Origin: Acutalibacteraceae bacterium
GTDB taxonomy: Bacteria; Bacillota; Clostridia; Oscillospirales; Acutalibacteraceae
Direction: 5' to 3'
Assembly: GCA_045656265.1 (NCBI GenBank)
Contig: JAZOQV010000055.1
Coordinates: forward strand, 4,541 to 68,540
Length of the DNA: 64,000 bases
Part shown: piece by piece, positions 29,467 through 39,668 of the stretch
How the letters are laid out: each line of letters starts with the position of its first letter
How positions within the stretch are numbered: the first letter of the stretch is position 1
Notes under the pieces: generated by a model
What the model was told of the DNA's origin: nothing
The model's input: the letters and a program-made list of their open reading frames with translations, nothing else
Database searches by the model: none
Translations under genes and position numbers: made by a program

Positions 29467-31749
29467 ATGTTTATGAACTGTGTTGAACATAAAAAAGGTG
29501 CTGAAAAATGGTTTATAAATTCAAGATGGATTGGCGAAACAACCGGTTTTTCACAGGATGAAACGTTTGATAAATCTGCCTGTATGCGAAGGGTGTTCAC
29601 AGTAACTAAAGGCATCAAAAGTGCAAGAATTGCTGTTTGTGGACTTGGACTTTATCATTTTCTTATTAACGGAAAACGACCAAATAAAAATGTTTTAATG
29701 CCACTTTTTACAGATTATAACAAGCGTACACTATACGATGTTATCGATATTACCGAGTTTTTATGTGAAGGCGAAAACTGTATTAGTTTTATTCTTGGTA
29801 ACGGCTTTTATAATGTTGAAAGCAAGTGCGCTTGGGATTTTAACAAGGCTTCTTGGAGAGGTATTCAAAAGCTTATTTTTGATTTAAAGCTTGAATATGA
29901 AAACGGCGAAACACAAAATGTTGTATCTGATAAAAACGTTAAGTTTGCTAAAAGCCCAGTTACCTATAACTGCATTAGAAACGGCTGCACTTACGATGCG
30001 CGTCTTGTACAGAATGGATGGTGTTTTGCAGATTTTGATGACTCGGATTGGGACGTTGTAGAATTTACAAAACCATCTGGCGTACTGCACGAAAATACCG
30101 CACCCGCTATTGTAGAGTGCGAAACATTTTCTCCTGTTTCGGTAACCACTCTTGATAACGGCCGCAAGGTGTATGATATCGGTCAGAATATTGCTGGTTA
30201 CGTATGCATGAGTGGTACTGGAAAAAGAGATACAACCGTTGTTTTCAGATATGGCGAATTATTGGATAAAGACGGTAATGTATACGTCGGCAATGTTTCT
30301 AATCTTGTTGAGGGCGAATTTCAGGTTGACCGCTATGTTTTTGGCGATGAAAATGTAGAAAACTGGAGCCCATTATTTGTATACCATGGATTCCGTTATA
30401 TTGAGGTAGAAATTATTGGCGAGGCCGATATTGAACTTTGCGGCGTTGCTATTCATTCCGATTTTAATCAAACTTCAAAATTTTCTTCTTCTGACGATTA
30501 TTTAAACAGATTGTGGAATGCTGTTTTATGGTCTGATAAGAGTAACTTTGTTGGAATCCCTACCGATTGCCCACAACGTGAAAAGAATGGTTGGACATCT
30601 GAGGCATTTCTTGCCACAGAGCGAATTCTCTCAACTTTTGATGCAGTTGCGGCGTTCAAAAAATGGCTTGCCGATGTTCGAGATGCACAACTTCCAACAG
30701 GTGAACTTCCTTGCATAATTCCCGGACCGGGTTGGGGACTTAGATGGGCAAACGGCATTACATACGATTCCGCGCTTGCTTATATTTCTTTTCTTATTTA
30801 TAGGGAAACCGGAGACAGTTCTGCTATTTTAGAGAACTATGAAGCAATAAAAGCCTATATTAAATATCAAGAAAACTTTTTGCGCGATGACTTTACAATT
30901 GATAACTCGATTGAGGATTGGCTTAGCATTGATATAGAGCATCCGTGTCCGTCGGTTATTACCGCTACATCATATTTTTATAGCGCGAGTATAACTGTTT
31001 CTAAAATTGCAAATATAGTTGGTGATATAGAAACAGAAAGCTATTATAAAGATTTGGCCGAAAAGGTGAAAATTCATTTTAACAGGAATTTTGTTAATAG
31101 TGAAACAGGCAAAATCGGAGATAGCGAATATGGTGTTCAAACTGCACAATGTGTGCCGCTTTATCACGGAATTGTAGCAGAAGAAAGCAGAGCTATAGTT
31201 GCTAAATATCTAAAAGAATCACTTAAAAATACAGACGGACATATAGCAACCGGTACGTACGGCACAAAGGCAATACTTGAAATTTTAAGTTTTTATGGCT
31301 ATATAGAAGATGCATACAAAATGGTAACCATAGAAGGCTATCCAGGTTGGCATTATATGTTCGAAAACGGCGCTACAACCATTTGGGAAGAATGGGGCGG
31401 CGGAAACGTTGTTGAATGGAGTGGCTCGCATAACCATAATGCATTATGTTCAGTGGGGGATTGGCTTTATCGCTACGTAGCCGGTCTTAGACAGACTAAA
31501 GATAGTATTGCTTATGAAAAAATTGAATTCTGTCCTGCGTTACAGTTACCGATAGATTCTGTTTCTTATAAACACGAAACTGTGAAGGGTATAGCGGCAA
31601 TTTGTTGGTGTAAAAAGGGTAACGTTGCAGAAGTAGAAATTTGTGTACCGAGTGGTAGTGAGGCGGTGTTTGTTGTTCCAAAAGGCTATAAAACAACAAA
31701 CACAGTGTTCAAAGAAGGAAAACACACTATTGTTTTAGAAAAAGCATAA
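29467..31749 (+). CDS. alpha-L-rhamnosidase (GH78 family)
   Basis: 760 aa. Hallmark DCPQREKNGWTSE block and overall GH78 layout. ATG 29473 has better RBS spacing than ATG 29467. Confidence 0.8.
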   Translation: MFMNCVEHKKGAEKWFINSRWIGETTGFSQDETFDKSACMRRVFTVTKGIKSARIAVCGLGLYHFLINGKRPNKNVLMPLFTDYNKRTLYDVIDITEFLCEGENCISFILGNGFYNVESKCAWDFNKASWRGIQKLIFDLKLEYENGETQNVVSDKNVKFAKSPVTYNCIRNGCTYDARLVQNGWCFADFDDSDWDVVEFTKPSGVLHENTAPAIVECETFSPVSVTTLDNGRKVYDIGQNIAGYVCMSGTGKRDTTVVFRYGELLDKDGNVYVGNVSNLVEGEFQVDRYVFGDENVENWSPLFVYHGFRYIEVEIIGEADIELCGVAIHSDFNQTSKFSSSDDYLNRLWNAVLWSDKSNFVGIPTDCPQREKNGWTSEAFLATERILSTFDAVAAFKKWLADVRDAQLPTGELPCIIPGPGWGLRWANGITYDSALAYISFLIYRETGDSSAILENYEAIKAYIKYQENFLRDDFTIDNSIEDWLSIDIEHPCPSVITATSYFYSASITVSKIANIVGDIETESYYKDLAEKVKIHFNRNFVNSETGKIGDSEYGVQTAQCVPLYHGIVAEESRAIVAKYLKESLKNTDGHIATGTYGTKAILEILSFYGYIEDAYKMVTIEGYPGWHYMFENGATTIWEEWGGGNVVEWSGSHNHNALCSVGDWLYRYVAGLRQTKDSIAYEKIEFCPALQLPIDSVSYKHETVKGIAAICWCKKGNVAEVEICVPSGSEAVFVVPKGYKTTNTVFKEGKHTIVLEKA

Positions 31750-31764
31750 TTTCTATGTTCAATT

Positions 31765-31801
31765 AAAAACGGCTAACGATTTACTTCGTTAGCCGTTTTT
31801 A
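31765..31801 (+). terminator. intrinsic terminator (copy 2 of an identical 35-bp repeat)
   Basis: Same hairpin as 29270-29304. Confidence 0.8.
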
Positions 31802-31811
31802 TGTATTTGTT

Positions 31812-32780
31812 TTAAAATAATTTAGCGCCGTTAATTGCATTTTTTCGCTTGTGATTATAAAGTTTTACATTATCCAGCGCCCATTGACGAGAGGAGAATT
31901 TGCCTTTGTCCAAATCTTTTGTAGCGCTTAAAATTTCGTAAACGCGCGAGTCCATAAGGTCAAGTTCACTTAAAAGTTCGGCTTCTAAAAACATAGGTCT
32001 AACCGCGGCGCCAAATTCAGGGTTACCGTGGTGCGATAAAATCATATGTTCTATAAGCATAGCGGTTTCTTCGTTTATTCCTAGTTCTTTTGCAACACCA
32101 TCAATAATCATAGCGCCCATAGGGATATGACCTAAAAGGTTGCCTTTTACTGAATATTCTTCAACAAGTCCTGTTGAGTTAAGGCTAAATTCTGCAATTT
32201 TTGCAATATCGTGAAGCATTGCTCCCGATATGAGCAACTCTTTGTCAACAAAGGGGTAAACATCACAAACTTTTTCGCAGAGTCTTACTATGGAAAGTAC
32301 GTGGTATAAAAGCCCTCCGCGAATAGCGTGGTGCAATTTGAACGCAGCGGGAACATACAGCATTACCTCACGGTTACGTTCGTAAATAGTAGTAACTAAT
32401 GCTTTTAGGTCTTGGTCTTGGAACCCGTTAGCAATTCGAAGCAACTCATTATACATATCCTCGGGCTTGTATTCGGCGCTTGGTACAAAATCGTTAATAT
32501 CAATGTTGTCCTCGGCGCTTGTGTGTCTAATTCTATCAATCTTTAATTGGTCAACGTTATTGTAAGGCGCAATAGAACCACGAATTTTTACTACATCGCC
32601 CGACTTGTATAAGTCTTGCTCTTTATCGGTTAAATTCCAATATTTTGCGTTCATTTCGCCGCTACTGTCGGAAACCATAAGGTCTAGATATTTCATACCC
32701 TTAGCGGTAGTTTTAACATCGGCAGATTTTATAAGGCAATAACCTTCAACAAATTCGCCGCCAATAGAAGTAAAGTTCAC
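31812..32780 (-). CDS. yhaM: 3'-5' exoribonuclease YhaM (OB-fold + HD domain)
   Basis: N-terminal OB fold and HD-domain blocks HHAIRGGLLYH, LHDIAKI, SHHG. Confidence 0.8.
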   Translation of the reverse strand: MNFTSIGGEFVEGYCLIKSADVKTTAKGMKYLDLMVSDSSGEMNAKYWNLTDKEQDLYKSGDVVKIRGSIAPYNNVDQLKIDRIRHTSAEDNIDINDFVPSAEYKPEDMYNELLRIANGFQDQDLKALVTTIYERNREVMLYVPAAFKLHHAIRGGLLYHVLSIVRLCEKVCDVYPFVDKELLISGAMLHDIAKIAEFSLNSTGLVEEYSVKGNLLGHIPMGAMIIDGVAKELGINEETAMLIEHMILSHHGNPEFGAAVRPMFLEAELLSELDLMDSRVYEILSATKDLDKGKFSSRQWALDNVKLYNHKRKNAINGAKLF

Positions 32781-32905
32781 TAAAATTACCTCCCAATAGT
32801 GTTTTTTTAATTATACTATATAAAATCGTTACATTCAATAATAAAGTTGAAAAAATAATTTTTTCTGCTATACTGTACTTATAATCTTGTAAAGGGAATA
32901 AATGT

Positions 32906-33574
32906 ATGATTGACTTAGGTAACGATTGGACCCAAATTTTAAAGGATGAATTCGAAAAGCCATACTATATTTTGTTGCGCGAGTTCTTGCGTGCAGAATA
33001 TACAAAACACACCGTTTATCCTAAAATGGAGAACATATTTAATGCGTTAAGATATACATCTTTTGCAGATACTAAGGTTGTAATTATTGGACAAGACCCA
33101 TATCACGGCGAGGGTCAGGCGCATGGACTTTGTTTTTCTGTGCAAAAGGGGATAGACCCACCGCCTTCGCTTAAAAATATGTTCAAAGAGTTAGAAAGCG
33201 ATATAGGCTTTAAAATTCCTAATCATGGCGAACTTACTAATTGGGCAAAACAAGGCGTTTTAATGCTTAATAACGTACTGACAGTACGTGAGCATACTCC
33301 AAACAGCCATAAAGGTAAAGGTTGGGAAAAGTTTACAGATAGGGTAATATCAGAACTTAATAATAAGGAAACACCGGTTGTATTTCTTTTGTGGGGTGCA
33401 AACGCAAAAACCAAGGCACAACTTATTACTAACCCAATACATAAAAAGTTAGAGGCGCCACACCCAAGTCCGCTTTCTGCATACAGTGGTTTCTTTGGCT
33501 GTAAGCACTTTTCCAAAGCAAATGAAATACTTAAAAATTCAGGATTAGCACCAATAGAATGGCAATTAGACTAG
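32906..33574 (+). CDS. ung: uracil-DNA glycosylase
   Basis: GQDPYHG and HPSPLSA motifs, 222 aa. Confidence 0.95.
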   Translation: MIDLGNDWTQILKDEFEKPYYILLREFLRAEYTKHTVYPKMENIFNALRYTSFADTKVVIIGQDPYHGEGQAHGLCFSVQKGIDPPPSLKNMFKELESDIGFKIPNHGELTNWAKQGVLMLNNVLTVREHTPNSHKGKGWEKFTDRVISELNNKETPVVFLLWGANAKTKAQLITNPIHKKLEAPHPSPLSAYSGFFGCKHFSKANEILKNSGLAPIEWQLD

Positions 33575-33604
33575 AAAAAAAGACCGCTTTTGCGGTCTTT
33601 TTTA
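33575..33604. terminator. bidirectional intrinsic terminator
   Basis: AGACCGC / GCGGTCT stem with A- and T-runs. Confidence 0.75.
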
Positions 33605-34408
33605 TATTTCAAGTTTAGTTTTCCGGGCATATGAGAAGATGTATTGTTGCAAAATACCCTCAATTCCTTCACTACCTTTTGGTAGTCCGTTTGGAAAAAG
33701 TATAGGCATAGCGCGTTTTATCCATACGTCTTTTGGAAAAGCCTCTGCGAAACCTAATCCAAAAAGCAAAGTGCAATCTGCGACCTTTAATCCAACACCG
33801 TGGATTTTCATAAGTTCCGCTTCTGCATTTTCTAAAGAAAGTGTCATAATTTTATTAAAATCGACCTCTCCGCTTGCAACCTTTTTAGCCGCATCAAGTA
33901 TGTACTTTGCACGAAAACCTGCTCGCAACGGTGCCAAGTCGTCCAAATTCAATTTGGCAATAGTTTCAGCAGTGGGGAAGGCGTATCCTTTTTCTAGTTT
34001 TTCGCCATACTGTTCGCAAAGCCTTTCAACGATACCTTTAATGCGTTTTATGTTGTTGTTTTGAGAAATTATAAATGAGCAAAGTGTTTCCCACGGTTCT
34101 TGGTTAAGCACCCTAACACCGCTTGAAACAAGGCGCATTTTATTAAGCATTTCGTCTTTTTGCATAAATGCTTCGATTTTGCTGTAATCACGTCTTAAAT
34201 CAAAATATTCTTTCCAAATAAGTTGATACTCTTCTTCGGTTGTATTGTAAAAAGTAAGCCTTCCGTCCTGTAACGACAAGGTTAGTTCTTTACCAAAAGC
34301 AATACCATACCACTTGTTATCATCAATAGGTTTCCACCTGAAAGCCTGACCGCAATCCAAAGTTTCTGCGAGGTCTAAACAGGCAACGTTTTCAACAACA
34401 AAATCCAT
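33602..34408 (-). CDS. ogg: 8-oxoguanine DNA glycosylase / HhH-GPD family DNA glycosylase
   Basis: N-terminal LDCGQAFRW (OGG_N-like) and HhH IHGVGLKVADC, 268 aa. Confidence 0.75.
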   Translation of the reverse strand: MDFVVENVACLDLAETLDCGQAFRWKPIDDNKWYGIAFGKELTLSLQDGRLTFYNTTEEEYQLIWKEYFDLRRDYSKIEAFMQKDEMLNKMRLVSSGVRVLNQEPWETLCSFIISQNNNIKRIKGIVERLCEQYGEKLEKGYAFPTAETIAKLNLDDLAPLRAGFRAKYILDAAKKVASGEVDFNKIMTLSLENAEAELMKIHGVGLKVADCTLLFGLGFAEAFPKDVWIKRAMPILFPNGLPKGSEGIEGILQQYIFSYARKTKLEI

Positions 34409-34557
34409 ATTATCACCATAGTTATTGTAGCATAATTTTTTAATAATGTAAACCTGTTATCAAACGAGCTTACAAAAACATAAAATAATTGTATAAAAGT
34501 TTTGGGGCGTTCCAAAAATATTGATTGAACAACGATAACTCTGATAGGAGTGATAAT

Positions 34558-34851
34558 ATGCTTCGTGGTGTAAATAAGCAAATAATTGAAATAAACAGCA
34601 CTGATAATTGCTATTTCGAAAAAGCTATTTTATTTGTAAGACCCGAATTTTCAGAAGTGTCGGAAACGAAACTTCATGATAATGCCGCTGAGTTTTTAAA
34701 GGATATTGAAACCGAGAAACAGTTGGTCAAAACAACAAATAACAAGACGAAAAAACTGAAATTAGTAACAAATAAAAATCTGATATTTTCCTTTGCTTTA
34801 ACTGCGGTAATAGTTGCGATATCCGTTGGCGTTATTTTAAAATTTATATAA
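34558..34851 (+). CDS. hypothetical protein with a C-terminal TM anchor
   Basis: 97 aa from ATG 34558 (AGGAG RBS). No recognisable motif. Confidence 0.4.
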   Translation: MLRGVNKQIIEINSTDNCYFEKAILFVRPEFSEVSETKLHDNAAEFLKDIETEKQLVKTTNNKTKKLKLVTNKNLIFSFALTAVIVAISVGVILKFI

Positions 34852-34887
34852 AAAAGCGGTGTTTTAAGTTGTCTTAAAGCACCGCTT

Positions 34888-35349
34888 TTATTTATCTGTA
34901 ACAGTCAAGGTTGTTTTTAGTTTCACTTTATCCTTTAATAATATTTCAACAGGATATTCGCCGGGTTTAGTTGTAGCTCCAACAGTCCAACGCCATGCGA
35001 TATATCCATTTTCATCCGACGTCCTGGATTCTAACGCTTTTGACTGACTCGTTCCCGATTTATAGGTTACTCGTATAGAATAAAAAGTATTAGGTATACC
35101 TTTTACTGCAATTTCTGCTTTTAAGCCTCGCTTAACTTTATCGGTAAAATGTATTAGTGTTATATCATCAGTGCTATAATTAGGCACAGGAGTATATGTA
35201 AATTCACTCTCTATTTGCTTGATGGCAGAAATTTCGCTATTTGTCATATCGGTAAAATCAATGCCGTAATCTCTAAAAGGGTCTTTATTACGACAACCCG
35301 CAAAAAGAAGCATAGAAAATATTATAAAAACGGTTAAAAGTTTTCTCAA
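34888..35349 (-). CDS. hypothetical lipoprotein
   Basis: 153 aa with lipobox LLFAGC. No recognisable motif. Confidence 0.5.
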   Translation of the reverse strand: MRKLLTVFIIFSMLLFAGCRNKDPFRDYGIDFTDMTNSEISAIKQIESEFTYTPVPNYSTDDITLIHFTDKVKRGLKAEIAVKGIPNTFYSIRVTYKSGTSQSKALESRTSDENGYIAWRWTVGATTKPGEYPVEILLKDKVKLKTTLTVTDK

Positions 35350-35409
35350 ACAATCACCACCTTGGGTGTATTATATGCTTGTGTCAAGTTAGGGCACAAA
35401 AACTATATT

Positions 35410-35862
35410 TTATTTTTTTATCTTATTAATGATCGATTTATTAAATACTCTCGCGAAAGTAGTTGAAACAATAATACCCAATGCTAAAGCAGAAGACAAT
35501 TGCATAGTGTATATTGCTTTGGGCAAAAATGTATTTAAATTTCCCTGAAAAGCGAGAACCATTGTATAATAAAGCGAGCCACCCGGAATAAGAGGTATTA
35601 ACGATGTAGTAATAAAGGTAGTGGTAGGTGTTTTTAACACTCTTGCCATTATTTCTGCGTATATAGAAATAACACAAGCTATAATAAAATATACAATTGG
35701 CTCACTTGTAACACATTTACTTATCACAACGAATAGCAACCAAGAAAACAGTCCTCCTATTGCTACTGTGATTAATCTTTTACCACGAATATTAAAAAGT
35801 ACAGCAAAGCCTATCGAACCTACAAAACCGGCTAAAATTTGTATTATTTCGGTTTGTGTCAT
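35410..35862 (-). CDS. threonine/serine exporter family protein (ThrE_2/YjjB-like)
   Basis: 150 aa, polytopic. Overlaps the upstream ThrE-like gene by 4 nt, the typical two-gene arrangement. Confidence 0.65.
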   Translation of the reverse strand: MTQTEIIQILAGFVGSIGFAVLFNIRGKRLITVAIGGLFSWLLFVVISKCVTSEPIVYFIIACVISIYAEIMARVLKTPTTTFITTSLIPLIPGGSLYYTMVLAFQGNLNTFLPKAIYTMQLSSALALGIIVSTTFARVFNKSIINKIKK

Positions 35863-36611
35863 AAAACAAATCCTCCCAGAAAAGCAACTAAGAAATAACC
35901 TGCCGCAATTGCAAGTGCTGTAAGCACAGCCTCAATAGAGCGTAAAAGTCCCGCAATACTGTCACCGGTGAATAAATCACGTATTGCATTTGTTAAGCCA
36001 ATGCCGGGTATAAGTGTCATTATATTACCTATAACGACTTTATCTACATTTGTTATCCATCCGAGTTCAACCGTCAAAAAAGCACATAATGTTATTATGA
36101 CAGTAGCAAAAAATTTATTAAAAATTTTGTTAGAGATTATTTTTTCAGAAAAAAACAAACCAATTCTGAGTATTCCACCAATTAATAAAGAAACAAGGGC
36201 TTCTATAATATTTCCGCCGAAAAACAGCGTGAATGCACCTGCTATTACCGCATAACATATAAACTCAAACCAAATTGGAAATTTTTTACAATTATTTGCC
36301 GCACTTAATCTATTCTCGATTTCTTGTTCTGTTAGTTGTTTTTCGCAAATTTCTCTTGATAAATTATTTAAATAATGTAGTCTTTCAAAATCAAAATTTG
36401 TGGATGTTACTCTTCGCGTTTGGGTATATGTATTTCCATCCTTTGTATAAACGGTTACAACCATACTACTTGTAATGATAAAAACATCAACTCTGAATGC
36501 TCCCAATGCATAACACATACGATTTATACTTTCTTCAACTCTATGAACTTCAGCACCAGAAATAAGCATTTGCTCGCCAATGTCCATAATGTATCCAAAT
36601 AACTTTATCAT
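35859..36611 (-). CDS. threonine/serine exporter family protein (ThrE/YjjP-like, DUF1212)
   Basis: N-terminal soluble part GAEVHRVEESI followed by TM segments. GGGAG RBS before ATG 36611. Confidence 0.65.
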   Translation of the reverse strand: MIKLFGYIMDIGEQMLISGAEVHRVEESINRMCYALGAFRVDVFIITSSMVVTVYTKDGNTYTQTRRVTSTNFDFERLHYLNNLSREICEKQLTEQEIENRLSAANNCKKFPIWFEFICYAVIAGAFTLFFGGNIIEALVSLLIGGILRIGLFFSEKIISNKIFNKFFATVIITLCAFLTVELGWITNVDKVVIGNIMTLIPGIGLTNAIRDLFTGDSIAGLLRSIEAVLTALAIAAGYFLVAFLGGFVL

Positions 36612-37082
36612 AAAATGCTCCCTTGCACAAATCAAAATTCTTTATATAGTTAATATACCATTTACAATAAATTTTTTCAAGATATATATGCAAATAGGGT
36701 TATCCCGAAATTACGGGATAACTCTATTTTTGATGGTATGACAAAAATCTTACCCACACATTGAAAATCATACCGTAGAGAATGTAGTTAAAAACTTTGT
36801 TTTTAAGCAGTAAAACCGCCGAAAGTATGAGGGCTATTCCTGCCTTAACTTATTTTAACAAAACAAGTTAAGATTAGTATACTTTTTTCCCTATTGTACC
36901 TCAACCATAGTATAAAAGCAGTGGAGGGGCAATAATTATTCATTATTCACCAGCATAAGCGACTTCATTTTTCATTATTCATTTGAAAATCCGTTTTTTA
37001 TTTTTTATTTAATGAATGATGAATATTGAAGAATAAATAATACAAACAAAAATCCGCTCTCTTTCGAGAACGGATTTTCGCT

Positions 37083-37158
<76 letters not shown>

Positions 37159-37260
37159 ATTCCGAACAAATGATATTATATGATATACTTTTCTAAATGT
37201 CAACCCCTAAATTCAAAAAAGTTAATAATACATAAATAGCAATTTTTAAAGAGTGATGTG

Positions 37261-37289
37261 TTGAAAATTGTTGATTTATATGCTATAAT
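37261..37289 (+). promoter_or_regulatory. sigma-A promoter
   Basis: TTGAAA, 17 nt spacer, TATAAT. Confidence 0.5.
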
Positions 37290-37332
37290 ATTATGAATCA
37301 TTGTAATTATTATGAGAAAGGTGATATAACAA

Positions 37333-37878
37333 ATGTCATTAGCAAAGTCCAAAAACACCAAAAAAGTTATTTTTGCGGCGGTTGTAGCTGCTTTAATTTG
37401 TGTTCTAACTATGTTTCCAAAACTGCCAATTCCTATGGTAAATGGTGGATATATACATATGGGAGATACTTTAATTATAGTAGGCGCGTTTATACTTAAT
37501 CCTGTATATGCGGCTTTGGCGGCAGGTATTGGTTCAGCGCTTGCAGACTTGTTTAGCGGTTATGCAATCTATGCACCTGCAACATTCGTTATAAAAGCAC
37601 TAATTGCGTTTGTTGCGGCGTGGCTGTTTACTGCTATGAAACGCAAACAAAAAAATACTGTAATATTTAATTTTTTTGTAGCAATTGTTGCTGAACTTGT
37701 TATGGTGCTAGGCTATTTCTTGTTTGAAACTATTTTGTATGGCTTAGGTCCTGCCGCGGTTGCAGCACCTTTCAATTTAGCACAAGCGGCATTTGGTGCA
37801 ATATTTGGTGTAATTGTAATTAAAATTATTGCTTCAAACAAATCATTAAAGAAATTATTAACTGAAGAGTTAAATTAA
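37333..37878 (+). CDS. ECF-transporter S-component-like membrane protein
   Basis: 181 aa with about 5-6 TM segments, a size and topology typical of ECF substrate-capture subunits. The substrate is unknown. Confidence 0.5.
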   Translation: MSLAKSKNTKKVIFAAVVAALICVLTMFPKLPIPMVNGGYIHMGDTLIIVGAFILNPVYAALAAGIGSALADLFSGYAIYAPATFVIKALIAFVAAWLFTAMKRKQKNTVIFNFFVAIVAELVMVLGYFLFETILYGLGPAAVAAPFNLAQAAFGAIFGVIVIKIIASNKSLKKLLTEELN

Positions 37879-37890
37879 AGGAGAATTATT

Positions 37891-38373
37891 ATGAACTTAA
37901 AACTTTTAAAACTATTAAATAAGAATTCGCGCCAAACAAATGCAGAACTCGGCGTTATGACAGGTAGAACCGAAGAAGAAATTTCTAAAGAAATAAAGTC
38001 TATGGAAGATAGTGGTGTTATCCGTGGCTACAAAGCGGTTATTGACTGGGAGCGCCTTGATAATACTTATGTTTCTGCAATTATTGAACTTAAAGTTTCA
38101 CCAAAGGCAGGCATCGGTTTTGAGGATGTTGCTAAACGCGTTATGAAATACCCCGAGGTTGAAAGTGTATATCTTATGTCGGGCGGTTACGACCTTAACG
38201 TAGTTGTTAAGGGCAAAACTTTCCAAGAAGTTGCTTTATTCGTTGCAAAAGAACTTTCAACGTTAGAGAACGTTACTTCAACTGCTACTCATTTTGTGCT
38301 TCGTAGATATAAAGAACTCGACGTAGAGTTGCTTGATGATACAAGCGACGATAGGGGGAGCTTTTCGTTTTGA
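37891..38373 (+). CDS. Lrp/AsnC family transcriptional regulator
   Basis: N-terminal HTH (LLNKNSRQTNAELGVMTG) plus a RAM domain. Confidence 0.8.
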   Translation: MNLKLLKLLNKNSRQTNAELGVMTGRTEEEISKEIKSMEDSGVIRGYKAVIDWERLDNTYVSAIIELKVSPKAGIGFEDVAKRVMKYPEVESVYLMSGGYDLNVVVKGKTFQEVALFVAKELSTLENVTSTATHFVLRRYKELDVELLDDTSDDRGSFSF

Positions 38374-39542
38374 TTAGATATGATGAAATTTTAAATCCCT
38401 CGGTAAAAGAGATAAAACCGTCGGGGATAAGAAAGTTTTTCGATATTGCCGAAACTATGGAAAACGTTATTTCTTTAGGTGTTGGCGAGCCTGACTTTCC
38501 TACGCCTTGGCAGATTAGAAAAGCAGGTATAAAAGCATTAGAAGATAGCAAAACTCGTTATACTTCAAATAGCGGACTGCTTGCTTTACGAGAAACTATC
38601 TCTAATTATGTAGACAGAAAATACAACCTTAAATATAACGCTTTAAGTGAAATTTTAGTTACTGTTGGTGGTAGCGAGGCTATTGATATGGCTATTCGTG
38701 CCTTGGTTTGCAAGGGCGATGAGGTTATTATCCCTCAGCCTAGTTATGTTTGCTACGAGCCTATTACGGTTATTGCAGGCGGCGTTCCTGTAATAATTGA
38801 AACAAAAGCAGAGAACAACTTTAAATTAACTGCCAATGAATTACGCGCAAAAATTACCGATAAAACTAAGGTTTTAATTCTGCCGTATCCGTGTAACCCA
38901 ACGGGTGCGATTATGGAAAAAGAAGATTTAGAAGAAATTGCCAAGGTGCTTCGCGATACCAACGTTATGGTTATTTCCGACGAAATTTATTCTGAACTTA
39001 CATATACAGGCGAACACCACGTTTCAATTGCATCTTTGGATGGTATGCAAGAGCGTACAATAGTTATTAATGGATTTTCTAAGGCTTTTTCAATGACAGG
39101 TTGGCGCTTGGGTTATGCTTGCGGACCAAAAGAAATTCTTTCGCAGATAACTAAGATACATCAGTTCGCAATTATGTGTGCGCCTACTACTTCGCAGTAT
39201 GCCGCTATTGCCGCTATGACCGAGTGCGACGAGGTAGTTGAAGAAATGCTAGAAGAGTACGATGTTCGTCGCAGACTGATGGTAGATGGTTTTAATAAAC
39301 TAGGTTTACAATGCCACGAACCCAAAGGTGCTTTCTATGCATTTCCATCAATTAAAAGCACGAGAATGACTAGTGAGGAGTTCTGCGAAAAACTGCTTTA
39401 TTCAAAACAAGTGGCATTAGTTCCTGGTACTGCTTTTGGTGAATCGGGCGAGGGCTTTATAAGGGCTTCTTATTGTTATTCAACAGAACATATAAAGATT
39501 GCATTAAGCAAAATTGGCGAGTTTTTGGAAGAAATCAAATAG
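38370..39542 (+). CDS. class I/II PLP-dependent aminotransferase
   Basis: 390 aa. NPTG and SKAFSMTGWRLGY (PLP-lysine) motifs. Overlaps the Lrp gene by 4 nt. Confidence 0.85.
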   Translation: MIRYDEILNPSVKEIKPSGIRKFFDIAETMENVISLGVGEPDFPTPWQIRKAGIKALEDSKTRYTSNSGLLALRETISNYVDRKYNLKYNALSEILVTVGGSEAIDMAIRALVCKGDEVIIPQPSYVCYEPITVIAGGVPVIIETKAENNFKLTANELRAKITDKTKVLILPYPCNPTGAIMEKEDLEEIAKVLRDTNVMVISDEIYSELTYTGEHHVSIASLDGMQERTIVINGFSKAFSMTGWRLGYACGPKEILSQITKIHQFAIMCAPTTSQYAAIAAMTECDEVVEEMLEEYDVRRRLMVDGFNKLGLQCHEPKGAFYAFPSIKSTRMTSEEFCEKLLYSKQVALVPGTAFGESGEGFIRASYCYSTEHIKIALSKIGEFLEEIK

Positions 39543-39575
39543 TTTTTATAATATGTTTTGTAAGCGCATTTGTTG

Positions 39576-39604
39576 GCCGAGTGGTATAGTACCACTCGGC
39601 TTTT
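39576..39604 (+). terminator. intrinsic terminator
   Basis: GCCGAGTGGT / ACCACTCGGC stem followed by TTTT. Confidence 0.8.
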
Positions 39605-39668
39605 GCTTTTAATTGACAAGAATTATGTTTTGTGTTACATTATTTATATAATTTTAGGAGGGGATTTT

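Noticed and set aside
36940-37045. Repeated CATTATTCA motifs and a 13-bp inverted repeat (TTCATTATTCATT / AATGAATGATGAA) downstream of tRNA-Thr. Considered as a CRISPR-like or MITE-like feature.
   Set aside because: There are too few and too short copies, with no regular spacer architecture or terminal inverted repeats bounding a unit. This is likely AT-rich intergenic low complexity.
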